A stretch of 63,667 nt of DNA, filler included, from Reticulomyxa filosa (Eukaryota > Protista > Foraminifera): assembly GCA_000512085.1 (NCBI GenBank). It is 19 parts of 19 records of this genome, joined end to end, with 100 filler letters (N's around TTAATTAATTAA, not from the genome) between each part and the next. Parts side by side here need not be neighbours in the genome. Positions count along the whole stretch, not along the records: positions 1 to 13,897 come from ASPP01013894.1; 18 more parts are not named here. One strand, given 5' to 3'. Shown piece after piece: positions 1-12,662 of this stretch. Both the position numbers and the translations under genes were made by a program. The notes beneath the pieces were generated by a model, which was not told the origin of the DNA, made no database searches, and was given only the letters and a program-made list of their open reading frames with translations. Position 1 is the first letter of the stretch; each line of letters opens with the position of its first letter.

Positions 1-120
1 GGCTCCTTTAACAAGAAGTACTTTTTTGTTAAAAATTAAAGTTTAAGCAAATAATTTGGACAATATCAAAATATAATTTGAGAATTGCTCCAAGCGGCTC
101 AATATAAAAAGAAGTAAAAG

Positions 121-640
121 TCAATATGGTGGCCACTGACCAAATTGATAGATCAAAACAGTCGCGTCAGAATTAAGGGGAGATTGGTTTTGCATGATAC
201 GAACGTTTGCATCATCGCACCGAAGCCACATTCCGTTGTGCATATTTTTGACAAAAGCGTAGTAATGTCCATGTCTATTGGTGTTTCCAGTGTAAATGCA
301 TACACCCGTCAATGAATATTGCTTCTCCGCTAATTTAAAACAATTTATCGGATAATCAATTGGAGTAGGTTTGTAGCCAATCATCGGATGGATACGATCT
401 ATTTTCACGACTAATACTTGTGGTGCCACAAGAATCGTCTTTTTTTGTGTGATAATCCGGTTATCTTTCAACCTATCAGAACAACTACATTTCAAAAATG
501 ATTGACTTCCGTCCACGTAAGTTTCTGATGACATCTCCGCAAGGCTTTTTTGTACGTCCTTGAACACGTAAAACTTGTATCTTGGGATTAATGTTTGCAA
601 CCAATAATGCGTCCTCTTTTTCAATACCAACAATTTTTTT
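121..640 (-). pseudogene. C-terminal part of a ubiquitin-specific protease (USP/peptidase C19); no Cys box seen
   Basis: ORF 121..1023 contains APQVLVVKIDR, YSLTGVCIYTG, His box GHYYAFVK, WLRCDDANV and ATVLIY. The upstream part of the ORF is low-complexity or repeat sequence. Confidence 0.7.
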
Positions 641-857
641 TTTTTTTTTTTTAATCCAAGCCATTCGATTAATAAAGAGAAAGAAAAAATGGAAGGTACC
701 TGAAAGGTTTCATTTAAAATCCTGGAGTGATGACCATTGAATTTTGAATATTCCACTTCACAAGTGATCGGTTCTTGCACTTCAACACGGTTATTATGTG
801 ATTGATCCTCCATTAATTTGGATTCGTCAGTGTCAGCTGCATTTCTACGCGTCTCGC

Positions 858-948
858 TGCAAAAATGCGGTATCCAATTGCAAGGATGCGATATCCAATT
901 GCAAAAATACGATATGCAATTGCAAAAATACGATATGCAATTGCAAAT
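858..948. repeat. 21-bp tandem repeat, about 4.3 copies (TGCAAAAATACGATATGCAAT)
   Basis: Units read directly: tgcaaaaatgcggtatccaat, tgcaaggatgcgatatccaat, tgcaaaaatacgatatgcaat x2, tgcaaat. Confidence 0.9.
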
Positions 949-1164
949 GTGGAGACAACATAACGAAACAAAATCGCTAACTGTTAAACTTGACTTGTTT
1001 TTTAAAAGTTTATACACCATCACAAATATTAAAAACTTTGAAACTACTTTTTATTATGCTAATGATGACGTCATCATTAGCATAATAGATGCGCTATGTA
1101 CCAGACTGATTTTTAAGTGTACTTACACTAGTGATACTCCCTCCAAGTGATTATTTTCATGTCT

Positions 1165-1286
1165 GTGAATTACACACTCCAAAGTGGCAGCACAGTACCA
1201 TGACACAATTAACGCAAATTTTTCACATCCGTGAATTACACATGCCAAAGTGGCAACACAGTACCATGACGACAATTAATGCAAAT
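1165..1286. repeat. About 55-bp imperfect direct duplication
   Basis: gtgaattacacactccaaagtggcagcacagtaccatgacacaattaacgcaaat (1165-1219) versus gtgaattacacatgccaaagtggcaacacagtaccatgacgacaattaatgcaaat (1231-1286). Confidence 0.9.
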
Positions 1287-1639
1287 GTAAAATGAAACAT
1301 TAAGAAAGCAAAAAGCTCGAAAAAACAACTTAAGCAATTCTAAAAAAAAAAAAAAAAAAAGCAAAAAATTATCCAATCTTAAATAAAGAAAAAAAAAACA
1401 TTTGTCCATCGCTAAAGAAAAAACGACAAACCATTGATCACAGAAAAGGCTTGCCATTATACACACTGAAACATTTTAAAATACACTACGAATGTTTTTT
1501 CGACTTTTTATTTCTAATTCTTTCTCTTTCATTTATTGCCGCGATTGCAAACTTTGATAGATCTGTTTTTCAATCCAAAATACTCGATTTTCAAACAAAT
1601 TTTTTTTTTTTTTTCTCCTTGCAAAAAATAACTTTAGAA

Positions 1640-2265
1640 AGCGACTGTTGATTTATAGGTAACTTGTACACTCCTTGATTTTCTTTTATTGCTTCTTTTT
1701 GTGTGGAACTTGCCCTTCGTGTTGCCTTTCGTGTTGTATTTTGCTGCAACTCTGGCTCTATTTTCTTGTTATTGTTTTTTGTTTTTTTTTTTTTGCTTAT
1801 CAAGTTAAGAGTGCAAAAAGAAGGGGGAAAAACCGATATGGACGAATAGTGCGAGTCAAGTGAGACCTGATTATCCTTCAGATAGAGAGAAACTTGTCGA
1901 GACTGCTCAAGCTCATTCTTTTTTTTTTTTTTTTTGCAAAGAGAGTAGTAATGTTGTGTTTGTACTTTCGAGCTGAACAGATTGATACAATAATAAAAAA
2001 AGAGCCAACTTGCAAGTGCTGATTTTGTCGCTGTAATTGCTTGATCTGATCGGTGCCATTCGAAAACGATCTTGTACTTCTTTGAGACAAACGTCCACGT
2101 ACAGGATCGCCGTGCAGCATGGATACTTGATCGTCGATTGCTTGTCTTGGCTTCCACGTTCAAGACATTGCGATTTCGTCGCCTCTTTTGCCTCTTCTTT
2201 TGACATTCTTTTATTGATGGCACATCGAAACCCTCCCTCAAAACTATTTGAACGTATCTGGCCAA
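1640..2265 (-). pseudogene. Possible degenerate pogo/Tigger-like transposase N-terminus
   Basis: RRSCTWTFVSKKYKIVFEW resembles a psq/CENP-B HTH start and RKATRRASS resembles the end of the Tc5 HTH. No DDD/E catalytic motif or TIR seen. Confidence 0.2.
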
Positions 2266-2695
2266 AATTCAGAAATTAATTCGTTTGGAAACTAAAAAAA
2301 AAATTAATTAGTTTTTGAATTTTTTTTTGTTATGGCAATGTCTATATCAAAAAATGATTTAATCGTTACAAATTGTCTACAACATGTGTCATCACTTCAT
2401 TTATTAGTGTTGTAATCGTGTTTAAAAAAAAATAAATATTGAACAAATTAATAGTAATTTGTCAAAACTATTTCAAGGAAGCCGATTAACATAAATCAAA
2501 CACAATTGAAAATTAAAATCTTTTTTTGAAATGGTATGGTTTTTAACTCTTGGATCGTAAATATTTATTTCTCCAACACAAAAATGTCATCTATTATGCC
2601 TTTGAAATCTAAAAAACGTTACATTTTTTTTTTTTTTTTTTTTTGTCAAACTTTCAAAAGAAAACATTTTCATTTCTTGTTGAACAAAAATCAAA

Positions 2696-4035
2696 TTATC
2701 CCCAAATAAAAATACGACCATTTCTTGAACCATAACACAATTTCAAATCACTTTGATTGCTTTTTCCTTTCTTTTTTAATCCTATAAATTTAAGACATGT
2801 TATTCCAAGACAGTTGTCATTTTTTCCATTGATTATATACAATTCCTTTTTACTTGATCGAACATCCCAAAAACGAATTGTACTGTCCCATGATCCAGAA
2901 CATATCACATTTGAATAACCACCAAATTCATTATTATTTACTGCAAACGGTGAATATTCAACATCCCATACTTCACTTGTGTGTCCATTGAACACTTGAA
3001 CTTGTTGACCAGATCGAATGTCCCACAAACGAACACTTTGATCACATGATCCAGATAATATTATATTTACTAATTTATTTGATCCATATTTTACACTCAT
3101 CACATAATCTGTATGTCCTTGGAATAAAATTAATTTTTTGGCTGTTTCAATATCCCATACACAAATAGTATTATCATTTGATCCAGAACAAATTGTATAT
3201 CCATTACCGCCAATCGCACCAATATCATTACTTTTATTGTTATTATTGCTTTGTAATGGTGAAATATCAACACATCGAACACCGTTTGTATGTCCATCGA
3301 AACTATACAATGATTTTGATGTTTCAACATCCCATAAACGAATAGTATTGTCATATCCAGAACACAAATATCTACCACTACTAAAAGGTGAAAATGCAAT
3401 TCCACTAACACTATCATTTTGTCCAGTGAATACTTGCAATTGTTGATTATCTTTGATATCCCAAAAACGAATTGTTTTATCATATGATGAAGAACAAATA
3501 ACATTACGATGGTGATAATGGTAATGATATTGTGAAAATTTCACGCAATGCAATCTAGACATATGTCCATTAAATGATTGAATTTTCTCGCCGTTATCAA
3601 TATTCCATACACGAGTTATTTTATCATCTGATCCAGAACAAATGAATTGATCACCATCAAATATTGTATAATCAATACTGTACACATAAGTAGTGTCTTC
3701 AATAAATGTGTTGAGTACTTTGGATGATAAACAAAACGTATCAATCATGAAAATAGTAGTTGCCTATGTTAAATTATAACAATAACAATTTAAAAACATG
3801 TTAACAAAGATAACATACATAATTGGCAACGAGTTTGTCAAAATCATGTATCCATCCTAATTTAATCTTTAATGTCCGAATCCAATATTGGACAATTACT
3901 TGGATCTCTTCTTCTTCTGACTAATTCAATCACATACAATAAAAACTTAAAGACAGCCAACTTTCTGAAATTTGAAATAAAGCTTACCACTTCCAGCTGT
4001 GTTGAAACTTGTTTTTCATTGTCAGAAGTTGTCAT
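2696..4035 (-). CDS. WD40 repeat protein, 3 exons (3988-4035, 3819-3920, 2696-3763)
   Basis: Repeated GH...ICSGSxDxTIRxWD. GT-AG phase-0 introns give a continuous frame MTTSDNEKQVSTQLEV / SEEEEIQVIVQYWIRTLKIKLGWIHDFDKLVANY / ATTIFMIDTF...IFIWG. Confidence 0.9.
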
Positions 4036-4435
4036 TCTTTTGACTTTTTTGCTTTTTTGTTTGAAATTATCTTTGCTGACGTAAAAATGGAAAATATTTC
4101 AACTTTTTTAAAGGTGCTGTCAAAAATACTTTGATAATACGAAAAATACAATTCAATAATACAATAAAAACAACTGATTCAAAACTGGGATATTTGATTA
4201 AATAAGAAAGAATTGCGTGTGATCAATGGACATAAGAAAAAAGATTGTGGAATATCATTACTCGCTGTTCTTGTTTTTCCAATTGTAATAAATAAGTATT
4301 TTACATCAAAAAGCTACACTAAAAAGAAATCATAGAACACAATAGAAATCTTGAACTTGACAAGCCCCTTATGAGCAGAAAAAAGTTCCAAGTTTTAAAT
4401 CTTATATTATTAAAAAAACAACATAAGCTGAAAAA

Positions 4436-5798
4436 ATGGGCAATTCTATAATTAAAAAAGATATTTCAAGAAAACTGCTAATTGTAAGTCTATTTCAATC
4501 CTTCATTCAACTAGTTGTCTTACTTTATTTTTTTGGTTTTTGATGAGTAGTCAAAAGGAGACGAGATCAAAATAATTATTCAACACTGGGTTCGAAAATT
4601 AAACATTAAATTAGGATGGATTCATGATTTTGACAAACTTATCGTCAATTATGTTACGTTTTTTTTAATTCAGCTATTTAAAGGTTTTATTTATTAATCA
4701 TGACCACTATTTAACATAGGTAATTGCTGTCGTACTGTTTAACGCCTTTTGTCCTGCAGCTAAATTTAAGAGTTTTGTTGGACATACCAAACCTATATAT
4801 GGAGTATTGATCATTCAACACTCAATGGTGGTCAGTTCATTTGTTCAGGATCATCTGATAAGACTGTTCGTGTATGGAATATAAATACCAACAAACTAAT
4901 TCGATTATTCAATAGACATTCAAATTGTGTATATTGCGTTAAATTTTCACCTTATCATTATTATAAAAATCGTTGTAGTGTTATCTGTTCTTCGTCAGCT
5001 GATAAAACTATTCGTTTTTGGGATTTTAAGAATAATCGACAATTGCAAGTATTCAATGGACATACTTCTGCTGTCTGTGGTATTGAACTATCACAATTTA
5101 ATAATGGTCGATATTTGTGTTCTGGATCTGCTGACAATACTGTTTGTATATGGGATATTGAAACATCCAATCCATTACACGTTTTCAATGGACATAAAAA
5201 ATGTGTTCGTTGCGTAGATATTTCACCATTGCAAAGCAATAACACAAGCAATGATAATGAAAATAATAGTATTGGCGTGATTGGTGGAAATGGATATACC
5301 ATTTGTTCTGGGTCATTTGATACAACTATTCGAATATGGGATATTGAAACAACCAAACAATTAATTGCATTCAATGGACATAAATATGCAGTCAAAAGTG
5401 TAAAATATGGATCAAATGAATTAGGGAATATTTGTTGTGCAAATACAATATTATCTGGATCAAATGATAAAAGTATTCGTTTATGGGATATTCGATCTGG
5501 TCAACAAATTCAAATTTTTAATGGACATACAAGTGATGTGAATGATGTTGCATACTCGCCATTTTTTGTAAAAAGTAGGAATGGAACTGTCATTAATTCA
5601 AATGTAATATGTTCTGGCTCATTGGATAATACAATTCGTTTTTGGGATATTCGATCAAGTAAAAAAGAGCTGTATGTTATCAAAGGGGGTTATGGAGTAT
5701 ATTGTCTTAAGTTTTTATTAAAAAACAATCATGATCATAATTTTGGTATTAGCCTATGTTATGGTTCACGTAAAGGTTCTATTTGCATTTGGGGATGA
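4436..5798 (+). pseudogene. WD40 paralogue, 3 exons (4436-4483, 4551-4652, 4720-5798), with a 2-nt frameshift
   Basis: Same exon structure as its neighbours. An extra TA in cctatatatgg (~4793-4800) shifts the frame; downstream is open to ...ICIWG*. Confidence 0.8.
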
Positions 5799-6104
5799 AT
5801 ACATATCAATGATGTATTCTCTTAAGTTTATTAAAATTTTGTAAAATGGTTTTGCAATGAACATAAGTAAATTTATTTGTTTGTCTTTCTTTTAATTATT
5901 CTTCACTAAATATTTTTTAGCCTCTTTATAAATTTTTTTTTTAGATTATATGCAATATTAAGTTATGAGAATGATAAATTCTATAATTAAACAAAGTGCC
6001 AGCATTTATGCCATTCCTTTTTGTTTTCACTGACTTACAGATTAAAAAAAATAAACTTTCACTTTTTGTTATTCTCCTTAATAAAGTTCTTCAACATTAA
6101 CAAT

Positions 6105-6293
6105 ATGTGTAATCAAAATAAAACTCTTTTTCAAACTTTGAACTCCACTTTCTCAATCTCAATGTGTACTACGCAGACATGAAATCCTCATTTGTGGAAG
6201 TCATCGAATAATAACTATACATTTGTTATGAAATATATAAGTGTTTGGAGTAAAAAGAATACATTAAAGAAATCAAACAATTACAACAAATGG
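6105..6293 (+). pseudogene. Internally deleted Kelch-like gene relic
   Basis: TPLSQSQCVLRRHEILICG and FVMKYISVWS...NNYNKW match separate parts of the Kelch-like ORF at 9749..10924. Confidence 0.75.
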
Positions 6294-6299
6294 TGGAAT

Positions 6300-6465
6300 T
6301 AAAAAGAAAAAGAAGATATGAAAGAATTTGAAAGTATTGAACCCACATTTAAAATTAAGTGGAAACAACAAGTACTTGGGAAAACAAAAACAATAAAAAT
6401 GGATTGTCAATAATAATTGCTGTCAGTGAATATAGTGATAATAACAAGTGGAAAAATCTTGAAGT
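6300..6465 (+). pseudogene. Fragment resembling the first strand of a caspase/metacaspase-like (C14) domain
   Basis: KNGLSIIIAVSEYSDNNKWKNLE fits the (K/R)xALxIGxxxY...LxxL start of C14 domains; truncated before the catalytic His/Cys. Confidence 0.35.
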
Positions 6466-6556
6466 ACTTTTGACCAACCCCTTTTATTTGAGCTTATTTT
6501 ATAAAAGTTCAACTTTTTTTTTAATTTTCATCATCAAGCGATTTCAAGAGAAAAAA

Positions 6557-7382
6557 ATGATTACTTCCGACAACGAAAAAGAATATTCAATCCAACTATT
6601 ATTGGTAAACTTCATTTTAATCTATTTGGAAGCTTATTGTCTTTCAGTTCTTTACTTGCGCTCGTTGTGTGTGATTTTTAATCAATTAGTCAGAGGAAGA
6701 AAAAATCAAGACTATTATTCAATATTGGCTTCGACTATTAAAAATTAAATTAGGATGGATCAATGATTTTGACAAAATTGTCGTCAAATACGTTACGTTT
6801 TTTTTTACTGCGTTTTTGTGTATTGTTATTATTCATAATCATTATTTAACATAGGGAACTACCTTCTTTATGTTTGATATGTTTTATTCGTCATCTAAAT
6901 TAAGTAAAACTCTCAACGGACATCATAGTACTGTATGTAGTATTGATTATTCCACATTCAATGGTACTCAATATCTTTGTTCCGGATCATGGGATAGAAG
7001 AATTTGTTTATGGAGCGTTGAGGATTCCAAGCTAATCAGATTATTCTTTGGACATTCAAATGATATATATTGTGTGAAATTTTCACAATATCATTACCTT
7101 AATGACGGTTGTAATGTCATTTGTTCTTCATCGTATGACAGAACTATCCGTTTTTGGGATTGCGAGAAAGCCGAAGAATTGCAATTACTGAAAGGACATA
7201 CTAATGGCGTTTGCGGCATTGCATTTTCACCATTTAATAATGGCCGATATTTGTGCTCTGGATCATATGACAATACTATTCGTTTATGGGATGTTGAAAC
7301 ATCCGAATCATTACATGTTTTTAATGGACATACAAGTGGTGTTTGGTGTATTGATATTTCACCACTACAAAGCAATAATAAC

Positions 7383-7422
<40 letters not shown>

Positions 7423-7922
7423 GTATTGGTGTGATTGGTGGTAATGGATATACAATTTGCTCTGGATCATGGGATAAAACTATTTGTTTGTGGGATGTTG
7501 AAACAACAAAACAATTGCTTGTTTTCAAAGGACATGGACATTTTGTGAGAAGTGTAAAATATTCACCATATGAGACAAATACAATATTATCTGGATCAAA
7601 TGATAAAAGTGTTCGTTTGTGGGATATTCGATTAAAAAAAGAAATACATATATTTGAAGGGCATACAAGCGATGTGAATGTTGTTGAATATTCACCATTT
7701 GTGAGCAGTAACAATAGTAATGTGATATGCTCTGGATCATCTGATAGCACAATTCGTTTTTGGGACATTCGCACAAATAAACAATTACATTTGATCAGAG
7801 GAGATTTTGGAATATTTTCTATTAAATATTTAGAATTGAAAAATAAAGAAAATAATGATTATGTTTACGGAGTTAATTTGTGTTATGGTTCAAGAACGGG
7901 CCTCATTCATATTTGGGGATAG
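6557..7922 (+). CDS. WD40 repeat protein, 3 exons (6557-6604, 6690-6791, 6855-7922)
   Basis: Intact spliced frame MITSDNEKEYSIQLLL / SEEEKIKTIIQYWLRLLKIKLGWINDFDKIVVKY / GTTFFMFDMF...IHIWG*. Confidence 0.9.
7374..7421 (+). repeat. (AAT)n encoding poly-Asn in a WD40 loop
   Basis: Seen directly in the sequence. Confidence 0.95.
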
Positions 7923-8639
7923 TAAAAAAAAAATTGAAAAAACTAAAAAATGTTGTTGCTTTCGTTTTGATTTTGATAAAGTTTCCAAAAAAAAAAATTT
8001 GCAAGTTACAAAATGACGAAATCAAATGTTAACTACTTCCATTTTCAATGGTTGAAAACAGCTTTGTTTGGTTTAATTACTTGCGTTTAATGGTCATGTT
8101 TCAACAAAGAGTTTAATTAAAATATTTCCAAATTTTCTAACAAGTTTGATTTTAGAAATCGTGGTTGATTTTTCTTTTAGAAATGAAACTAGAGTGTTTT
8201 TTTATTTAAAATTATATTAAAAACTATGATAGACCCAACATCAAAAAATGATGCATTTTGCAATCACATTTTGAAATGTTGTGTCACCACAAGAAAAGTG
8301 GTTGAATGAGGTCTTTTCGTCTAACTACCACTTTTTTTTACTTCCGTGTTCAAATCAAAAAAAATAAATTATTCATTTCCAATACACAAAAGTTGTGTAT
8401 GTCGTTTTTCCCTTAACTTGAAATGCTATCAAAGAAAAAACGTGATAATGGGTCCAATTTAAAAATTTCATAACTTGGATTCTTAAATGATTAACAAAGA
8501 CAAACACTTATGAACAAAGTTAATCCAGATAAAAGAAGATTCAGATGCAATTATCTTTAGAAAATTATCCGAAGAAACATGAACAAAAAAACAAGTTGTA
8601 TATTCATATCTTGTATCTTTAAAAAAATTGTGTTTGATT

Positions 8640-10924
8640 TTATAATCCCCAAATTTGAATTTTACAATCTGTAGAGCCTGCTGCAATTGTATTGCCATTT
8701 TGAGAAACATCTATACATACTACAGAATTAGAATTTCCTTCCAACTTTTGTATTTCCTTTCCTGTTTTAACGTTCCACAATCGAATTCTATTACCGCTTG
8801 AACATAATACAATTGTGTGACCATCTGGAAAATATTTTACGTCGTTTACATGGTTTAAATGACCCTTTAATATTTTTGATTTTCCTGTTGTAATGTACCA
8901 TATTTGAACTGTATCATCAAATGAACATGATATAATACATTGTCCATCTGGAGAAAATTTTGCACGTGTTACACAATCAGAATGTCCTTTGAATTGTTTC
9001 AATATTTCACCAGACTCTACATCCCACAGATTAATTGTTTTATCATATGATGATGATACTACCATTTTACCGTCTGGTGAAAATTGAGTACTTAATACAC
9101 TTTTTGAATGTCCCAAGAATTGTTTGATTTCTATTCCAGAATGTACATCCCATAATCGTATTGTATTATCTTGCAAACCTGATACAACATATTTTCCATC
9201 CGGAGAAAAGTTTACATCCCATATCCTATTGGTATCACTTTTCAATTTCATCACTTCAGTCCCTGTATTGACATCCCATAATCGAATTGTTCCATCTCCT
9301 GAGCATGAAACAACAATATTTCCATCTGGTGAAAATCTCGCAGCAAAGACTCGATTGTCATGTCCTCTGAAAATTTGGAGTTGTTTTCCCGACTCAACAT
9401 CCCATACTCGAACAGTGCGGTCATGTGATGCCGAGACAATCTTGCGACCATCTGCAGAGAATATTACACTGCTCACTATATTATCATGCGCTTGCAAAAC
9501 CGCCAATAATTGAAAACCTTTTATCTATTGAAAATGTGAATTATGTAATAACAGTCATGTGTATGTAAAAAAAAAAAAAAAAAAAAATATTATTTAACAT
9601 ATTTGATAGTGATTTTGTTAAAATCATTGATCCATCCTAATTTTATCTTTAAAATTCGAATCCAGTATTGAATAGCAACTTTTATTTCATTTTTTGACTG
9701 TTGATTATTTGTTAATGAGTTTCACACAGTAAATTCAATTTGTGTGTTTTAATTACAAAAAAAAATGAATATTACCAACTGTGAAGCATCTCTCCATACA
9801 TTTACTTTTGTTTTCATATTTGTCGATATTGAGATGATTCTGTCATTGCGTCCTCCAATGATATGTATGTAATTGTTATCTTCATTCAATATTCCAAAAC
9901 AATCATATAACGGGATAGGTAAAGTATGTTCAAATGTAATCCATGTATTTTCTTGTATTGAATACTTACATACTGCCTTCGAGGCAATATACTTACCATC
10001 TTCCCAACCATATCCACCAAAGAATAAGATGGCATCATTAATAAACACATACGCATATTGATTAAATGATGAAATATCCTTACAAACACGTAGTTTATAA
10101 AACTGAAAAGTATTGCTATCTTCATCATATATAATTGATAATCCAGTCTTTTCACAAAACAACACCATTTCGTTATTTAGTTTCTTTTTACCCTTATTTT
10201 TTTCTTCGTTTGTTTTCGTCATTTTTTGTCCATTTTCTGACTTTGATACAAAGCAATGATAACGAATATAATCATTAGTTGGTAAAGTATCATGCTTAAT
10301 ACACTTAGATTTATTCAAATGAAACACATCAATATTATTTTTGGAATAAGTGATAAATAGCAAATGATTGTTGCTCCCACCGATCACTGCACGTACTCCT
10401 TGATAGTTATCTTTATCTTTTCCAATGTGAATTGGATGATTGCAATCGTCTGTGAAAGGGGTCCATTGATTACAGTAATTTAGTTTATTTATTTCATTGT
10501 TATTGTCGTCGTCATTACTCCAAACACTTACATATTTCATTACAAATGCATGTTTATATAATCCACCAAAAGATAACAACGTAATTTCATCATTGTCTTT
10601 GCTGTTATCCACTAGTTTCACTACACAGTGTCCATTTAATATAACATTCTTTGGATACGAGCAAACAAACTTGTATTCATCTTTGAGTGTATGATATGAA
10701 TAACAATCTCTTTTTTCATAGCCTCCACAAATAAGGATTTCATGTTTGTGTAGCACACATTGAGATTGCCAAAATCGAATGGCCAAATCTTTCAAGCTTT
10801 GAAAGGGAGACGAAGTAGCAACAGTTTGACTTTGTTCAACCTTGGCAAGTGGAGTAGAGGAATCCTTCAAACCTCGAAAAGGAGTTGAGTTGGTAAGATT
10901 TTGCTTTTGATCGATTTTTCTCAT
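8640..10924 (-). CDS. Kelch-like propeller + conserved cassette + WD40 fusion protein, 3 exons (9776-10924, 9599-9697, 8640-9524), about 710 aa
   Basis: Kelch-like motifs (ILICGGY, LLSFGG, ILFFGGY, IHIIGG). Phase-0 GT-AG introns join ...DASQL / SKNEIKVAIQYWIRILKIKLGWINDFNKITIKY / IKGFQLLAVLQAHD... into FSPDG-type WD40 repeats. Confidence 0.8.
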
Positions 10925-11293
10925 GCTGAATTATTACAAATTTAACTTTTTTTTTAAAAAAAAAAATGCGAACTTTTTGAAAAAATGGAAAAAACTCAAA
11001 CCCTTTTGAACACTCTTAAAAAAATTTAACTCATTTTTGAAAACAAGTTCGATTTTTATTTTCACGACTGAAGAAACCAAGTAATGATAAAACAATTGGA
11101 CCACAGTCTTTTGAAACACTGGCTGAATAAACGTACAATTACTTGTACTTAATTTCGAACTTGTTTTTCTTTTTTTAATTAAGCAGCTTTGCACTGCTCA
11201 GTTCAGTGTTTTATGTTGCCAAAGTCTTTTTGATAATCCCTTTCATTGATCTTGAATAAAAAGTTCAAACATTTTTTCATTTAAGATAAAAAA

Positions 11294-12662
11294 ATGGCTG
11301 CTCGTATTATTAAAAAACAAACTTCAATTCAACAGTCATTGGTAGGTTTCCTTTCAGTCCTTCCTAAAATTAGTTGTCGTTGTTTTATTGTATGTGCTCT
11401 GTGATTGAACCAGTCCGAAGAAGAAGAGACCCAAATGGTGATTCAACATTGGATTCGAAAATCAAAGATTAAATTAGGATGGATCAAAGATTTTGACAAA
11501 CTTGTTGTCAAATACGTTACGTGTATGCAATTAAAATTTTGAAATGTATTTGTCGTTATGTATAATTTCTGTTTAACACTAGGCGGCTACCTTTTTCATG
11601 CTTGATACATTTTGTTCATCATCTAAATTACTTAAAACCTTCGAAGGACATTCCTTTTCTGTGAACAGCATTAGCAGTTCAAAATGTAATGGTAATCAAT
11701 TCCTTTGTTCCGGATCAAGTGATAGAACAGTTCGTGTATGGGATGTAGAGACAACCAAACAAATTCAATCATTTGATGGACATTCAGATTTTGTGGATTG
11801 TACAAAATTTTCACCATATCATTATCATAATCATCGTCAAAATGTCATTTGTTCTTCATCAGCTGATAAAACCATTCGTTTTTGGGATTTCAAAGATAAT
11901 AAACAATTGCAAGTATTCAATGATCACACTCTTGGAGTTTGTGGTATTGAATTTTCACCATTTAATGGTGGTAGATATTTGTGTTCTGGATCATCTGACA
12001 AAACAATTCGTTTATGGGATGTTGAAACATCAAAATCATTACATGTTTTCAATGGACATAGATATGGTGTTTTGTGTGTGGATATTTCACCTTTGGAAAG
12101 CTATGATAATAGCAAGAGTAATAGCATTGGTGTGATTGGTGGAAATGGATATACCATTTGCTCTGGATCATGGGATACAACTGTTTGCACATGGGATATT
12201 GAAACAGCTAAACGATTGATTGTTTTCAAAGGACATGAGGATTGTGTAAGATGTGTAAAATATGGATCAAATGAGTCGGGGATCATTGGTGGCTCAGATA
12301 CAATATTATCAGGGTCATCAGATAAAAGTGTCCGTTCGTGGGATATTCGATCTGGTCAGCAAATTCAAGTGTTCAAAGGACATACAAATAGTGTATATGC
12401 TGTTGAATATTCACCACTTGTAACAAAGGACAACCGCGGATTTGGTCTTTCAAATGTCATATGTTCTGGATCAAGTGATAATACAATTCGTTTTTGGGAT
12501 ATTCAAGGAAATAAAGAATCTTGTGTGCTCTATGGAGATTGCAATGAAGACGGAATATGCTCTCTCCAATTTTTTTCATTAGACTATAAAAATAATGATA
12601 ATAGCTCTAATGTTAATCTGTGTTATGGCTCAGAAAAAGGTCCTATTCATATTTGGGGATAA
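11294..12662 (+). CDS. WD40 repeat protein, 3 exons (11294-11341, 11414-11515, 11583-12662)
   Basis: Intact spliced frame MAARIIKKQTSIQQSL / SEEEETQMVIQHWIRKSKIKLGWIKDFDKLVVKY / AATFFMLDTF...IHIWG*. Confidence 0.9.

Noticed and set aside
858-1286. CRISPR-like array
   Set aside because: The repeats are tandem or a simple doublet with no unique spacers and no cas genes, in a eukaryotic context.
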